From: Nageia nagi
Taxonomy: Eukaryota; Plantae; Pinophyta
DNA: 64,000 nucleotides
Direction of reading: 5' to 3'
Assembly (NCBI GenBank): GCA_050084985.1
Contig: JBITNC010000002.1
Span: forward strand, 12,524,001 to 12,588,000
The position numbers were made by a program, and so were the translations under genes. Of the stretch, positions 11,929 through 25,434 are shown in pieces; position 1 is the first letter of the stretch, and each line of letters starts with the position of its first letter. The notes beneath the pieces are model-generated. The model made no database searches and was not told where the DNA came from. It worked only from the letters and a program-made list of their open reading frames with translations.

Positions 11929-12465
11929 TTGAGGATATTATGGTTTAATAATTTATTCATTTATAGATGGCTCTATAAACCTTTTCATTATTAAAGTTAC
12001 CTATTATTTACTTACATTGATAATATTTAAAGAAGTTACATTAAATATAAATCTAAATACCTATTATTTATTTACAACTGATATTTGTAAAAGTTTGAGT
12101 AAAATATCAATTAGCTTCTTATGTGTTATGCATTTTTATTCATTTGGTTGAGAATTACATTTTATTTAGCTTACTATTTATTATAAACTTTAAAATATAA
12201 TAGTGTATTCCATATTCAATAATTTAATTTCATAAATTTTTAAATACAAGTACAAAGTTGTATTTACGTATGCATAAAACATATAATATATATGCCAAGG
12301 ATTTTGTATCTTATCATCATTGTTTATACTTAATTATGATAATTATGTCACAAATTAATTTTCATATTACTTAATTTAGGACATTTTTTATTTGATTTAT
12401 TTATCTTATATTATGGTAGTTTAGGTTGACTCATGTACCTTTCTCATGTTGTTTCTCCTTTTATG

Positions 12466-14600
12466 TGTTAGGATCCCAATATTAATATTGCATTGTGAGC
12501 ATGTATTATGGTGGATATATTGCATAAAGAAGTAGATAAGATAAAATGAGGAGGCTATGAAGATTCATTTCTCCATAGTCACACTAGATATAAAAAAAAA
12601 TTAGGCATCTCTTTATAATGATTATTTAGATTAGGATCTTTTATAAAAAGAGCACTTTGTTATTTGTTTTTCATAATATTATATGTTGTTGCACATTATT
12701 TATGTTTATCCTTTTTCATGTTTCACAAGTTTATTTCTATAGTGATTTCATTTATTTCAGTGGGTCATTACATATGGTTATTTTTAACCATCTATATATT
12801 TATGAATCCATTATTTTTATTATTCTCAGTGAAAATCAATAAAGGATTTTTTTATTGTATTTGATATATATTTTTTTAAGTGTTACATAAATGGATTCTC
12901 ATGTAAGGATTGGTGACAATGAAAATATTAGCATGCAAAGGCATAATGAAAGAATATGGTTCATCATGTATGATCAAAGATTGAAGGAAATGGAATCCAA
13001 AATGATGATATTAACAAAGAAATTTCTTAGGGGTATTAATGCAATTGAGGAAAAAGGAAATACCTTAAGTGATGAAATTCAAAATGATATTATTATGTGG
13101 ATAGACATGGAACTTAAGTTAGAGAAACTTAATGGTGAAGGAGATCCTAATATGTGCTTACAAGGATTTAAGTATACAATGGAATTAAGGTGTGGTATTT
13201 GTAGACACCAAAAAATAACACATTTTGAATAATGTGAGTTAAATGCATTGAAATTATTAATTCATTATTTTGATTTATTCCTAATTTATAATTATTATAA
13301 AAATCTAAAATATATCAAAAGGAGTTAAAATGACTTCAAAGATAAATAAAGTGCAAAAGTGGGTATCTAGCTATATTCACTTAAGTTATAAAAGGAGGTA
13401 TATAACTCAATTTAAAATTAAAATTCCTCTCTCTTGCTCATTATTCACTTGCACATTTATGATTTCATGCTTCTAATTTGCTCCAAGATTGCTCAAAGAT
13501 TTTGATTCTTGAAGGCTAGGGTTTGAAGGATAATTCAAGGTTTTGAAATTATTGAAAGATTTCCTAGTACATCAAACTCAAGATCTTCATGCTACACCTA
13601 TTGTGGTAATACACTTGTGGTAAATTCCATGTTACATTGCTTATATTCTTGTATCTTTAAGGTTTTTGTAGGTTTGGAGATATTTCTACCATGGAAAAGC
13701 TTTGAATGATCAACACTTGTATCCTCCATTGAATATTTTATGCATCTAGTATACTTGTTAGGCAAAATTCATAATAATGTGTATTTAAATCATAAAATAT
13801 TAATTAATTATCAATATATGTATTATTTAATGGTTTAAATATATTTTTAGCATTATGGGTATCCTTCAACATAAAAGATTCAAGTATCTTTAAAGATATT
13901 TAACATTCATAGGTTTAAAGCTTGGTTAGGGTTTGACATACTAAATTACATCATATTCATAAATACATTCAAATATCCACCTATATTTATTAATTACATC
14001 TTTAAAATTGTTCAAAAATCATCTAGGCATAAACATCTTGCACAATAGGTATTTCCTATTTTGTTCTCTTCATTGAGTGAAGGCTAGGGGGATCACATTG
14101 CCATTTTGAGTGAGGTAATTCACTACAAGCTTGTTTAGGTACCTTAAGTGGCCTAAATTGGAGGTTCCCTACCCAAATTAGATGCATTTAGATTTATTTA
14201 TCATTCTTGCAAGTTCTTGAAAGTTAATTTGAAGTTTTACATATATTTTTATCATAATATATCCTAATTCTAATTGAGTAAATTAAAAGATGATTTACAT
14301 TTAAAATCCATGTGTGTTGCTAACTCATTTATGTATTTTTTTCCATAATGAGCATGAATTTTAGTTCATAATATTAATAACCTTATCAAAGCTAAATACT
14401 TTTCTATGAGCCTAATTGGTAAAGCTAGAAAGTGGTTCCACATATTAGAGGTTGTATGATTAGCATCATATCAACACTAAAATGGAATGGTAAAAAGTCA
14501 TTACAAGTGCAATATATAAATATTATTATAAATTTTAGACCTAATGAAATGTAAGAAAGGAGATAGTGGTTGATTTGAGAAATTTATGATAATATTATAA
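12466..14600 (+). mobile_element. Nested, highly decayed Ty3/gypsy remnants (LTR-like segments and gag fragments)
   Basis: TGTTAGG...GTGTTACA segment 12466-12887 followed by a gag-like ORF 12891-13232 (LEKLNGEGDP). LTR-like block ~13300-14127 with TATAAAAGG. Gag-like SMSLIGKARKWFH at ~14400. Confidence 0.4.
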
Positions 14601-14614
14601 GAGGTATAGAAAAA

Positions 14615-17600
14615 TGATGTACATTGTAGAGGTTGTAACTTTTGGTCATGATATCATTTTGAGCCCTTTTTTTAAATCATGCATAATTGAGTTTCCTACA
14701 TTTTAGTAACATATCCCTTGAGATATATTTTTGAGGCCTAAAATACACATCTTCATTTCTAAATTTAGATTTTGAATTTATTTCCTATTTTTAGATTTAC
14801 AATAATTGCATGTGAAGGCCAAATTCAAAACCATGTGCTAAAATCATGTGGTATTACTTGTATTTTAGCCTATGTAAAGGTTGAAAGCTTAATGAAAAAC
14901 ATAATGAATTTTTGAGTTACATCATATGGTATTGAAGAGTGGGTGTGATCTCACTAAGCGGAGGAAATATGTCACCTAAATGATAAGGTAGAGGTGCAAG
15001 CAGAGGTGTAGTGGGTGCTTATGCCCAAATGAATAGGTAGATAGAGGATCTACATGCAAAAATAACACGGTTAACTGATGTGATTAATAGCATAGGGGAG
15101 AGAATACCCAATGAATGCCTAAATTTGGGATTTGATAATGAGATCATATTTGGGAATATGGACCTAATGTTGAGGTGGAGGAAGAACCAATACATCTTGT
15201 AGTAGCAGAATAATGCTTCAAAAATAAGTTGATCCAAGTCTTGGAAGGGCTAAAAAGAAATTGAGATGGGATTAAGATTGAGGTTCCAAAATATGTTGGT
15301 GGGTTGAAACTAGAGGAGTTGATTTATTAGGTAAATACCATGAAGAAATATTTTTAATGGATTAGTCTTGCCAAGTATAAGAATGTAAAGCTTGCATGCA
15401 TGAAGTTTAGGGGGCATGCATTGATTTGGTAGGATCATTTGTAGTTTCATGATAGAGAAAGGGGAAAGAGAAGATCTTGGCTTGGGCCAAGATAAAAAAG
15501 AAGTTGAAAGAGAAATTTATTCTTGTTGATTATTCTCAAACTTTGTTTTAGAGATTTCAGAATCTTCAATAGAAAGAATAGAGAATCAAAGATTATACCA
15601 ATGAGTTCTATAAGTTATCTATTAGAGTGAAGCATAATTAGATGGATGAATAGAGAGTGTACCAACTAGCACTAAAAGTTGAGGAAAAGCTTAAAAGGAT
15701 TAGTAGAGGGGGAAATAAAGGATCAACACCCTCTTAAAATTGAGGGCATGGTGGATCTAATCGTGCCAAAGGAGAATATTTAACATTTTTTAAATAGAAG
15801 GATTAGGCAGGATAGGGTCAAGATACCTCACAAAGAGGAAGAGGATATCTAAGAGGAAGAGGTAATGGTGGAGACAGGATGGGGAATGGACCATGTAAAC
15901 CATTCATTTGTTATAGATCTAGAGAGGAAGGTCATAAAGCATCTTAATGTCAATATGAAGTTGAAGAGAGGGGACAACCTAGGATCACTATAGTTGAAGA
16001 AGAGGAAGAGATGGAGACAAAATTTACTATAGACAAGGGTGCAACTCTCATGATAAGAACTCTTATTATTCCAAAGAAGATGAACATGCAAGCAAAATAT
16101 GGTGGATATTGTTAGTTGCATAGTAATAGTTTCCACACAATATGCACATCAAGAGGAAAGGTATGTAACATGGTCATTAATAATGGTAGTTGTAAATATT
16201 TGGTCTCCAATCTCATGGTTTATAAATTAAAACTAAAATGTGAGAAGCATCCCAACCCTTACTGTGTTTCATGGATTAAGAAAAAAAATGCAATGAACAT
16301 TAACAAGAGGTGTTTAGTCAACTTCTAAATTGGGAAAACTTACAAGGATAAAGTATGGTGTGATGTGATCTCGATGGATGTGTGTCATATTTTATTAGGG
16401 AGACATTGGTAGTATGATAGGTATGCTGACCATAATGGTAGGACTAATACTCAGATATTTTGAATGGTGTAAATGTAGTTCTTGTACCTCTTAAGGAGGA
16501 TGGATCGAGTCAGAGCTTATTGGTAATGAAGGAGTTTCTTGTAGTGATTAATGAACCTAGATTCTATTATGCCTTAACATTTAGGAATCTAGAAATAGAG
16601 GAAGTGGTTATGCCTATAGAAACAACTAACTTATTAAGAGAATATGAAGATGCCACACTAGAGGAGTTACCAAGAGGCCACCAAAGAGGAATATCCAACA
16701 TCATATGGATTTAATTTTGAGATCAATGCTCCTAAATTAGGAAGCTTATTGGTTGAACCCAACATAGAATGAGATTTGAGTAGGTAAGTAATAGAGTTGA
16801 TAAAGAAGGGTTTAGTTAGGGAGAGTACGAGTCCATGCATGACTCCAACATTGGTGACCCCAAAGAAAGATGGTTCATGGTGCAAGTGTGTGGAAACTAG
16901 AGCCATAAATAAGATCATAATAAAGTATCAATATCCTATACCAAGGGTGGGTTACAAGATGGATGGATTGGATGGATCTAAATACTTTAGTAAAATTGAT
17001 CTACAAAATGGCTACTACCAAACTAAGATTTAAGAAGGTGATGAATGGAATATAGCTTTTAAGAAAACATATGGGTTGCTCAAGTGGATGGTGATGCCAT
17101 TTGTGTTATCAAATGCACCTAGTACATTTATGCAGTTGATGAACAAAGTATTGTGAGAATATAATGGTAAGTTCATGGTTTTGTATTTTGGTGACATTTT
17201 GATTTATAGTAAAAGTGAAGAAGAGCATTTGTTACACCAAAATTTTGTGTTAGATATGCTTAAGAAGGAGAAATTATATGTCGACATGAAGAAATGTAGA
17301 TTTCTTAAAGATAGTTTAGTATTTTTGGGATTTGTAATCTTAAGAGATGTCATGAGGATGGATGATGAGAAAGTGAAGATGATTTTAAAACAACCTCTTC
17401 CATGAAATATAATAGAAGTAAGGAGCTTTCATGGCCTAACTACATTTTATAGAAAGCTTATTAGAAACTTTAGCCGTATAGTTTTCCCTATAATTGAGTA
17501 CACAAAGGGAAAGGATTTTTTATTGACTAAGGAAACAACTAAGAGTTTTGAAATCTTGAAGAATAAGGTGTCAAAATCCCCTATTCTAGTGTTACCAAAC

Positions 17601-19691
17601 TTCAGTAAGGTATTTGAGGTTGATTGTGATGCCTCATTTGTTGGAATTGGGGGTGTATTTAATCAAGAAGGATGACTTGTAGCATTATTTAGTGAGAAGT
17701 TGAAGGTGTATGGAGTTTTATGCAATTATTCAATCATTACAATATTAGAGGTACTACATAATCTCAAAGGCATTTGTGTTATTTACTAATCATGAAGTAT
17801 TGAGGTATGTCAACTCTAAAAAACTATTAAATAGTAGGCATGCCAAATGGGTTTCATTTTTGCAACAATATACATTAATCCTGAAACAAAAGTTGGTAAA
17901 ATAAAATAAGGTTGTTGATGCATTGAGTAGGAGGGTCTTATTATTTATCACTATGGAGAATGAGTGGTAGGATTTGAGGGGATTAAAAATATGTATACAT
18001 CTGATACAGATTTTTGGAATACTATGTAACAATGCAATAGTGTAGTAGAGGGTGAGTCCTATATAGTTTTTGAAGAATATATTTAAGGGTAATTTATTAT
18101 GCATTCCCAATGGCTCTATGACAGAGAACATCTTGAGGAATTAAATAGTGGGGGTTTGGTTTGTCATTTTGGAATAGATAAAACTATGAATCTTATAGAG
18201 GAGAAGTATTATTTGTAGAATATGAAGAGAGACATAAGCAGGTTTGTCTCTAGATGCAAAGTATGCCAAATAGGTAAGCACCATACATAAAATACATATT
18301 TGTATATGCGATTACCAATTTTTACAGGACCATGAAATGATTTAAGTATGGATTTCTATTTGGTTTGCCTAGGATAAAACAAGGTAAGGATTCAATTTTG
18401 ATACTACTAAGTTTGTAGTCTTATTCTTTGATGTCAAGGTTGTATGATTATATGGTATTCCAAATATTATTACTTTTGATTAGGATACTATGTTCTTGGG
18501 TCACTTATGGAAGAATTTAAACACAATATTGTAGTTCAGTAGTTCTTACTAGCCATAAACTGATGGGAAAATAGAGGTGGTGAATAGAAGCTTAGGAAAC
18601 CTCTTACAATGCATAGTTCGAGAAAAGCCAAAATAATGGGATTTAGCCTTGTCATAAGCTGAATTTGCATATATCAACTTAGTAAATAGGTCAACACGTA
18701 AATCCCCTTTTTAAATTATTTATGGTAAAAATCTTAGAGGTGTATTAGATTTTATTGAGTTACTAATGGGGGAAGAAGTTAGTGGTTATGCATAAGCATT
18801 TGCTAAGCATATCCAGAACTTGCAAGAGTTAGTGAAAAAAAAATTCAATAGTAGTAATACTTATTATAAAGAATTTATTAATGCATACAAAAGAGTGAAA
18901 GTGTTTGAAGACGGTGATATAGTCATGGTTCATCTTAGAAAAGTAAATTTTTTGAAGGGGACATATAACAAATATAAACTTAAGAAAATTGGGCCCTACA
19001 AAATTTTGAAGAAGATTTAATGATAATACTTATAGGGTAGAGCTGCATGATGAGTTTGACATTTCACCTATTTTAATATTTCTAATTTATTTCAGTATCT
19101 TAGTACTATCAAGAATGGCAAATTACAAGAGATAGTAAATTGGGCACAACAAATGCCTATGAAGAAAAAGGATAACATTGCACAAGTACTTGATAAGAAG
19201 GTGATCACCACTATACATGGAGCTAAAATAAATACCTTATTCAATGGGAAGGATTACTAAAATCAAATAACACTTGGGTTTTAGAGTCAAAGCTGCAAAA
19301 AATTATAAACCAAAAGCTTCAAGATTTTAATTCAACTGAACTTGAAGGAGCTAAGTTCTTTTTCACTAGAGGAGAATGATGTACCTTACATAGGTCGTTA
19401 CTTTTGATCTTGATATCTTTTTGAGACCATTTTTTTTAAATTATTCAAAATCAAATTTTTAACAATTTAGTAACGTATCCTATGGGAGATAACTTTGAGG
19501 CCTAAAATGTGCAACTTCATGCTCAAATTTAAATTTGAAGTTTAGTTTCTATTTTTTATATTTACAATAATTACATGTGGAGGCCAAATTCAAAACTTTG
19601 TGCTAAAACCATACAGTATTACTTGTATTTTAGCCTATTTAAAGGCTAAAAGCTTAATGATTTAAATGTAGTATATTTTTGAGTTACATAA
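14615..19691 (+). mobile_element. Full-length decayed Ty3/gypsy chromovirus (element A, CRM-like)
   Basis: LTRs 14615-14924 and 19377-19691, PBS TGGTATTG 14927, PPT TAGAGGAGAA, TSD AAAAA. Gag, protease (KHPNPYCVSW), RT (PKKDGSW, FSKIDL), RNase H, integrase and chromodomain-like fragments with many stops. Confidence 0.92.
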
Positions 19692-20453
19692 AAAAATATA
19701 AAAAATTCATTAAATTGACAAAAATAGGCTTTAGAGGTAGGTAATTTAGATTAGTTATGAATGGCGATTTAAAACTACCTTCAATTGTAGTTTTAGTGGT
19801 TCTTTTTGTGGAGCAGTTTTAAACCTTCACCATAAAATCATTATGAATGAGTTTAAAACTATCCTTCAAGAAATACCATCCAAAACGATAAAAACCAATG
19901 GAAACATCTAGATAGGAAGAAGATAATGGATTATACATGCGATTTTTAGATTTTAGTTTCATGCCACCAAAAAACACATAGCAAGGTACAATTTTCAATA
20001 TCCCCTCCATCTCAACTAATAAAAAATAATACATTCCCTTGTGGCGAGGTTATGCCACTTGAAAAAACTTTTGAGCATTGTATTAGTTTTGCATGGTAAG
20101 AGGGTAGAGGAAAAGAGATGAATAAAGAGATAAAGTATATGTATACAATTTAATGGTGAGGGTAGTGGACAGGAGAGGAGAGGAGATGAAATATGAGATA
20201 TTATTTTACAATTTCATGTTGAGGGTAGAGAAGAGAAGAGAATAGGAAAGAAGAGGAAAGAAGTGGTGATGCATATGTTTGTAATTTGATGCCATTAGTG
20301 GTAATAAACATCACCATAGTATCATGCATTTAATTTAACAATTTTCTAGATATTCTAATACTAGGTCCAATGCTAGACATATATGTACAAGTCTTATACT
20401 TATATACATATTGTTTATGTTCTTATATTAGGTTTGATGCTAGGTCTAACACT

Positions 20454-20591
20454 AATATAGCTTATGCATATATCATAATATAACCTATTCATATATCAAA
20501 ATATAGCTTATGTGTATATCAAAAGATAGCCTATACGTATATCAAAATATAGCATGTATGCATATCATAATATAGCCTATGCATATATCAT
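20454..20591. repeat. 23-bp minisatellite, ~6 copies
   Basis: Consensus AATATAGC(C/T)TATGCATATATCA(A/T). Confidence 0.85.
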
Positions 20592-21059
20592 CAAGAAACA
20601 TAGATTGCATAGATGTATCATGCACATGGACCATCTAGATTACAATATCAACTATAAAAATCCCCTTAATCAGATGACTTCCTTCAAGGGCAAATTCAAG
20701 AGAGATTTGTAATAGGGTACATGAAAGACTCTTTAAAAGTGGAATTCTATCAAATATTATGGTTTTGAATGGCCTAATAGACATGTATGTGAAATGCGAA
20801 AGCATAGAACCTTTTTCATCATACTTAAAGAATAACAAACTAGGACATAGTATGTTTTGGATATGGGAGGAACATATTGGATAGCCCCTCTATTTTTTTC
20901 TCTTTTTGATACATAGCTGAGGGGATCATGAACACTATGGGTATGAGAGAAACACCCTCACTTGATCAAATGTCAAGCACTCTCTATCTCCATCATCAGC
21001 CTAATGTGAAAGAAAAGCTTTAGTGGGTTAATATCTTAAAATAAGAAAAGCTTTAGTGG

Positions 21060-21600
21060 GTCAATGAAACTATGTTTACATCATGCATCTTGTCAAATAA
21101 TTTTGGGATCTTGTGTATTCTTATACATTTTACATACACATCTTAGGGCATTTTCAAAAAATCAATTTTATGTGTATCTTGCAACACCATGAAAATGTGT
21201 TTGCATTATGTTAAATAATTCTTGATACTTATGTATTCATTCATATTTTGCATACATTCCTTAGGGCCTTTTTTTGAAAGCTCAATTTGTGCATATTCTA
21301 CCCATTGCATACCATGATACTATGTTTGAATCATGTATCTTTTCAAGCAATACTTGGACATTGGGTATTCTTCCATATTTTGAATACATATCTTAATACC
21401 TTTTTTACAGAACCAAATGATTACAAACCATGAAACTATTTTTGCATCATTTATCTTATAAAGGAATTCTTAGGCCTTGTGTATTATTCCATATTTTGCA
21501 TACTTATATTAGGGCATTTTTTAGAAAATCCATTGTGTGTGTGTCTTGTAATCACTATAGACCATGAATATGTTTTTGCATTATGCATTTTATTAAAGAA
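21060..21600. repeat. Degenerate ~120-135-bp tandem repeat, ~4.5 copies
   Basis: Recurring CATGAAACTATGTTT.CATCAT...GTATTC...ATATTTT.CATAC...TTAGGGC at ~21063, 21188, 21313, 21429 and 21563. Confidence 0.8.
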
Positions 21601-22489
21601 TTCTCTAAAACTTCAATAATTCTCTTGTAGAAGACTTTAAAAGTTCATCCTAACTATGAAATATTAAATATGTGTTTAATGTATTTCAAAATTATTAATG
21701 CTGCAAGGATGGATTGGAGAGCCAAGTGTCACATGTAATTCCATGCCTTAAACATCAGCTTCAATATTTAAAAAAAAATTAATTCAATTTATTATTTAAA
21801 AAATAAAGTTAGCTTTAAAAATATAATTATAACATTAGAATAACATATAAAATAAATAACATATAACATTGAATAAAATAAATTAATATATAAATTAATA
21901 AATTAACATTAAAATAAAAACCAAGAAATGGGATAACTTTATAGAGAATGATATCTTTCGATGTTTTTTTTATATATAAAGAGGTATATCAAAGTTAGTT
22001 TAGAAGCCATAGAAATTAAAAAGGGTAATTTTATTAACTTAAAGTGTATGCATAATTTATTGCATGAAGACATTGTTGTAAAGTTTTAAAGAATATTAAA
22101 AGAAAATGAAAATTACTTATAATTTCATAAAAATAATGGATTAAATACTTTGTTCATATAATATTATCTTCAAATTTAATTTATCTTATATTAAAATTTT
22201 AGATTAATTACACACAAATATTTTAAAATGAAAATTAATTAATTAATCTATTATATTTATTAAATAAATAATAATTAAATTGTTTAAACATTTGGAACAA
22301 ATAATTGATGAATGCTTGACATGTGAAATAACCTGCTAAAAAAGGGTCATATAATAAACAGTGTAAGTTCCTTCTTGATACCTAAACTTATCCTATAATT
22401 GAAAATGTATCTACATTAAAATAGAACCGTGCAGTTTACTTGGATTTAATACCCCCAACATTTTGGAAGCGAATATGTTCATGATTATA

Positions 22490-23170
22490 AGACGCTTTTA
22501 AGCTGCGAGTGTTGCAGTGAAGGTTATTCTTGAAAGAATTACTCTTACCATCAGCGCCGACAAACCTGTCACAATTGACCATTCTTGGCTCTTACGCAGT
22601 CAATGGCACCAGTGATTAAAACGGCGAACTTTTCAAAGATCCCTCATCCATTTCCAGTGCCACGCGAGGAAGGTCCGCATTCGGCATTAATATATTTAAA
22701 AATAAGACTTAGCCGTATGATATCGTCGGTTCGAATCAACAGTTCCGGAAGTACAGTTCATTTGTGGTAGTGATAATGAAATGATAAAAATACTTTTTGA
22801 AAAGCAGTTCATTCATGGTAGTGGTAATGGTAATGAAATAATAAAAAATACTCATCACATTTTGAAAAGTTTCAGAAAGTAATTAAAATCTCAATGATAA
22901 AGCATGCACGGGCTGTTTGATGGATGTGTGACGCAATAGTTTATATTTACCAAATAGGATGATTCAAAATTCAAATTGTAGGTACGTGGAAATGGCACTT
23001 TGTACGTTTACTTTGATGCTTGCAGTCGATTTCAAGTCGGTTCCTGCTCGAGGCCTTTTTAAATGGTCAATGAACTATGCTGGATATGTTATGATTCGTA
23101 GGACTGATCAACTTGTATTTATTATTGCAAGACATTACTTTAAATGTTTATATGATATTTTGACGTAGAC
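22490..23170. promoter_or_regulatory. Distal CpG-retaining conserved element upstream of MIR copy B
   Basis: Homologous to 960-1200. Contains GCCGACA ~22556 and GTACG at 22982 and 23002, with many CpGs in a CpG-depleted window. Confidence 0.55.
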
Positions 23171-24839
23171 ATCTACAATAAAATATGTTCTTTGATGGCT
23201 GTTATAAGAAAAAAAAATAATAATAAAAATTAGGGTAATAAATGGTATTTTGTCAAGTAGTAATTGAGTTTTCATTATTAAATATACTATATGTATATAA
23301 ATAAGGTGTTTAAATATAGAGGTTATATAAGATTCTTCATGCTTAAAATAATGAGTAACCTATTATCCTAAAGTTAAATTTAAATTAATGGTTAAAGTTA
23401 GAAAAAAATAAAATTCATTTGTAAGAAAAGAAATCATGATTTAAAAAAAAAATTGGAATATATTTATCTCATTTTTATATACTTCCACATAATAATTGAT
23501 GTTTACCCTAAATAAGTTACCTTGTAAATAGAAAATATATACTTTGGATGTTAGTGCTTGAAAATTATTTCACAAAATGCTATAATGAAATTAGGTCTAA
23601 CTCATTTAAAATACCAGTCAAAACTTTTATTTCAAAACTATAATATGAATTGTTATTCCATTGCAATTGTGGATATTCCTTTGAGTAATGGAAATGCAAT
23701 ACTATAGAAGATGAAAAAATATGTAAAAGTATATATTGTTGGAATTTAAGTTACAATTATCATTTTCTACCACATGGATTATCTTTTTCACATATCATTT
23801 TTTAAATACTTCTCAATGGAATATTACTTGAAATATTTCATCAAAGAAATAAAACTAGTGTCTTTACAATAATATGGATGTAGGAAAATTCATTATGATG
23901 CCTTTGAATGGTGATAATTTCATTTAAATATCTAAAAATACTAATCTAAGAAATCAAAATATTTATTTGTGTGCTTACAAACATATAATGAAAAATTCAA
24001 ATCAATCTTATGGGTTGTGAAGCATTTTAATTTGTGCTCCAAATATTTTCAATACCCATTTCTATAATTATCATGCTATTGGGCAATCAACTAAAAAAAT
24101 CTATGATTTTCTTCTATTTTCAAATAGGATGCACCAATCTAGTATACTTAATTCTTTATTTACATTATTCTCTGATAATATATATATATATCTACTTAGC
24201 TTAATAAAATATTAGGAATAAATCTACATTTGTATCGTGATTCCTTCTCTCCTTTTCCATTATTATTAGATGGAATATTCTCCTCAATTGGTGGCTTCCC
24301 AAATAAGATTATCATCCTCTTCCTGCTTTAAAATAATTATGTTTGTATTTTGACTTAAAAACTTTATTTTTTATTAGATCAATAATATTTGTAATAAATT
24401 CTTCCATCAAATGTTTAATTTCATGATCATCAAACTTGATTAAACCATTTAAGATAGACAATATTTATATTATATGGTATACTTCATTTCATTAGTATAA
24501 TTCTAAGGTAAATGTTTATCACTTTATAAGTTTCCCTCTAAATATTTATTTTACTTCTAAAACTTCCCTAATATAGGTAAACAACATCGTGCTATGTTAA
24601 TAAATATGAAAATCTCAATGATAATGAAAACAAAATTAATATTGATGAAAATAAGAATTTGAGTAGAATGAGTATATATATATAATTTTACTTTTATTAG
24701 TAATTATTGGAACTCGTTGAAGCTAAACCATTTTTTTTCTGGAAATCCTGTCCTTTCCTCTCCTCGTTTTCCGTCAGTGAGGCCAAGGAAGCTCTATAAA
24801 CTTTATCCTCGACTGAAATAGTTACATGTGTTTTATCCT

Positions 24840-25190
24840 CGACTTCCGTACTTTCAAGACGTCATAATTGATGCCATTGACATCGATGCCAAAAATGGAG
24901 AACAACCGTGGCGAATTATCACTGGTTTGTCGGTAATAGCTTTACATTTTCAATGAACGAATTTTAAGTCCTAAAGTTTCGGCTTTACAAGCATATCTGA
25001 CTCAAATTACTCAGACTTTTACCGCTTGTCGAAATCATCGTGGATTTTCTTTCCTTGAATGACGCATTCAAGATCTTATCAATCGCATTTGCAAGCCAAT
25101 TCCACAAGACCTTACCAACCCAAACAAATCAAGGAATGTCTCCTCGATGATTATATATACGAGAGGTTTCCGCTTGAAATATCCATCACA
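24840..25190 (+). promoter_or_regulatory. Pol II promoter of MIR copy B
   Basis: CCGTAC 24846-24851, GACGTCA 24858-24864, TGTCGG ~24928, CCAAT ~25096, TATATATA 25152-25159, initiator-like CCATCAC ~25182. Confidence 0.72.
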
Positions 25191-25207
25191 CCTTCACCGC
25201 GGCAATC

Positions 25208-25240
25208 ATGGCCTGCAGGCATTGGGTGGGATTTGTTTAA
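25208..25240 (+). CDS. Candidate pri-miRNA-encoded micropeptide MACRHWVGFV
   Basis: First ATG of the predicted transcript. Differs from copy A only by K/R and M/V. Confidence 0.35.
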   Translation: MACRHWVGFV

Positions 25241-25257
25241 GGAGAGGCTAAGTAAAG

Positions 25258-25386
25258 CAATTGTTAGAATCTGAACCAGAAGAGAGAGAGCACCTCCAAT
25301 TAACTTCCATTAACGATGGAGTGTTGTTGTATCGCATGGGAGCATAGGAGGTGCTCTCTTTCTTCTTGTTTAGCCTCTGGCATTGG
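25258..25386 (+). ncRNA. MIR529-like: pre-miRNA hairpin, miR156/miR529 superfamily, copy B (intact)
   Basis: 25271-25297 CTGAACCAGAAGAGAGAGAGCACCTCC pairs with 25347-25373 over 27 positions (1 mismatch, 2 G:U). Basal stem CAATTGTTAGA/TCTGGCATTG. The core AGAAGAGAGAGAGCAC is the miR156/529 core, complementary to the SPL site GTGCTCTCTCTCTTCT. Confidence 0.85.
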
Positions 25387-25434
25387 GAAGATCGACCATC
25401 AATAGCATTACAGGATATCGATTTCTATTTTTCA

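Noticed and set aside
20454-21600. CRISPR-like periodicity
   Set aside because: Degenerate contiguous tandem units with no unique spacers, no cas genes, and a eukaryotic context.
25059-25274. 71-aa ORF over the copy B promoter
   Set aside because: Spans the TATA box and has no equivalent in copy A.
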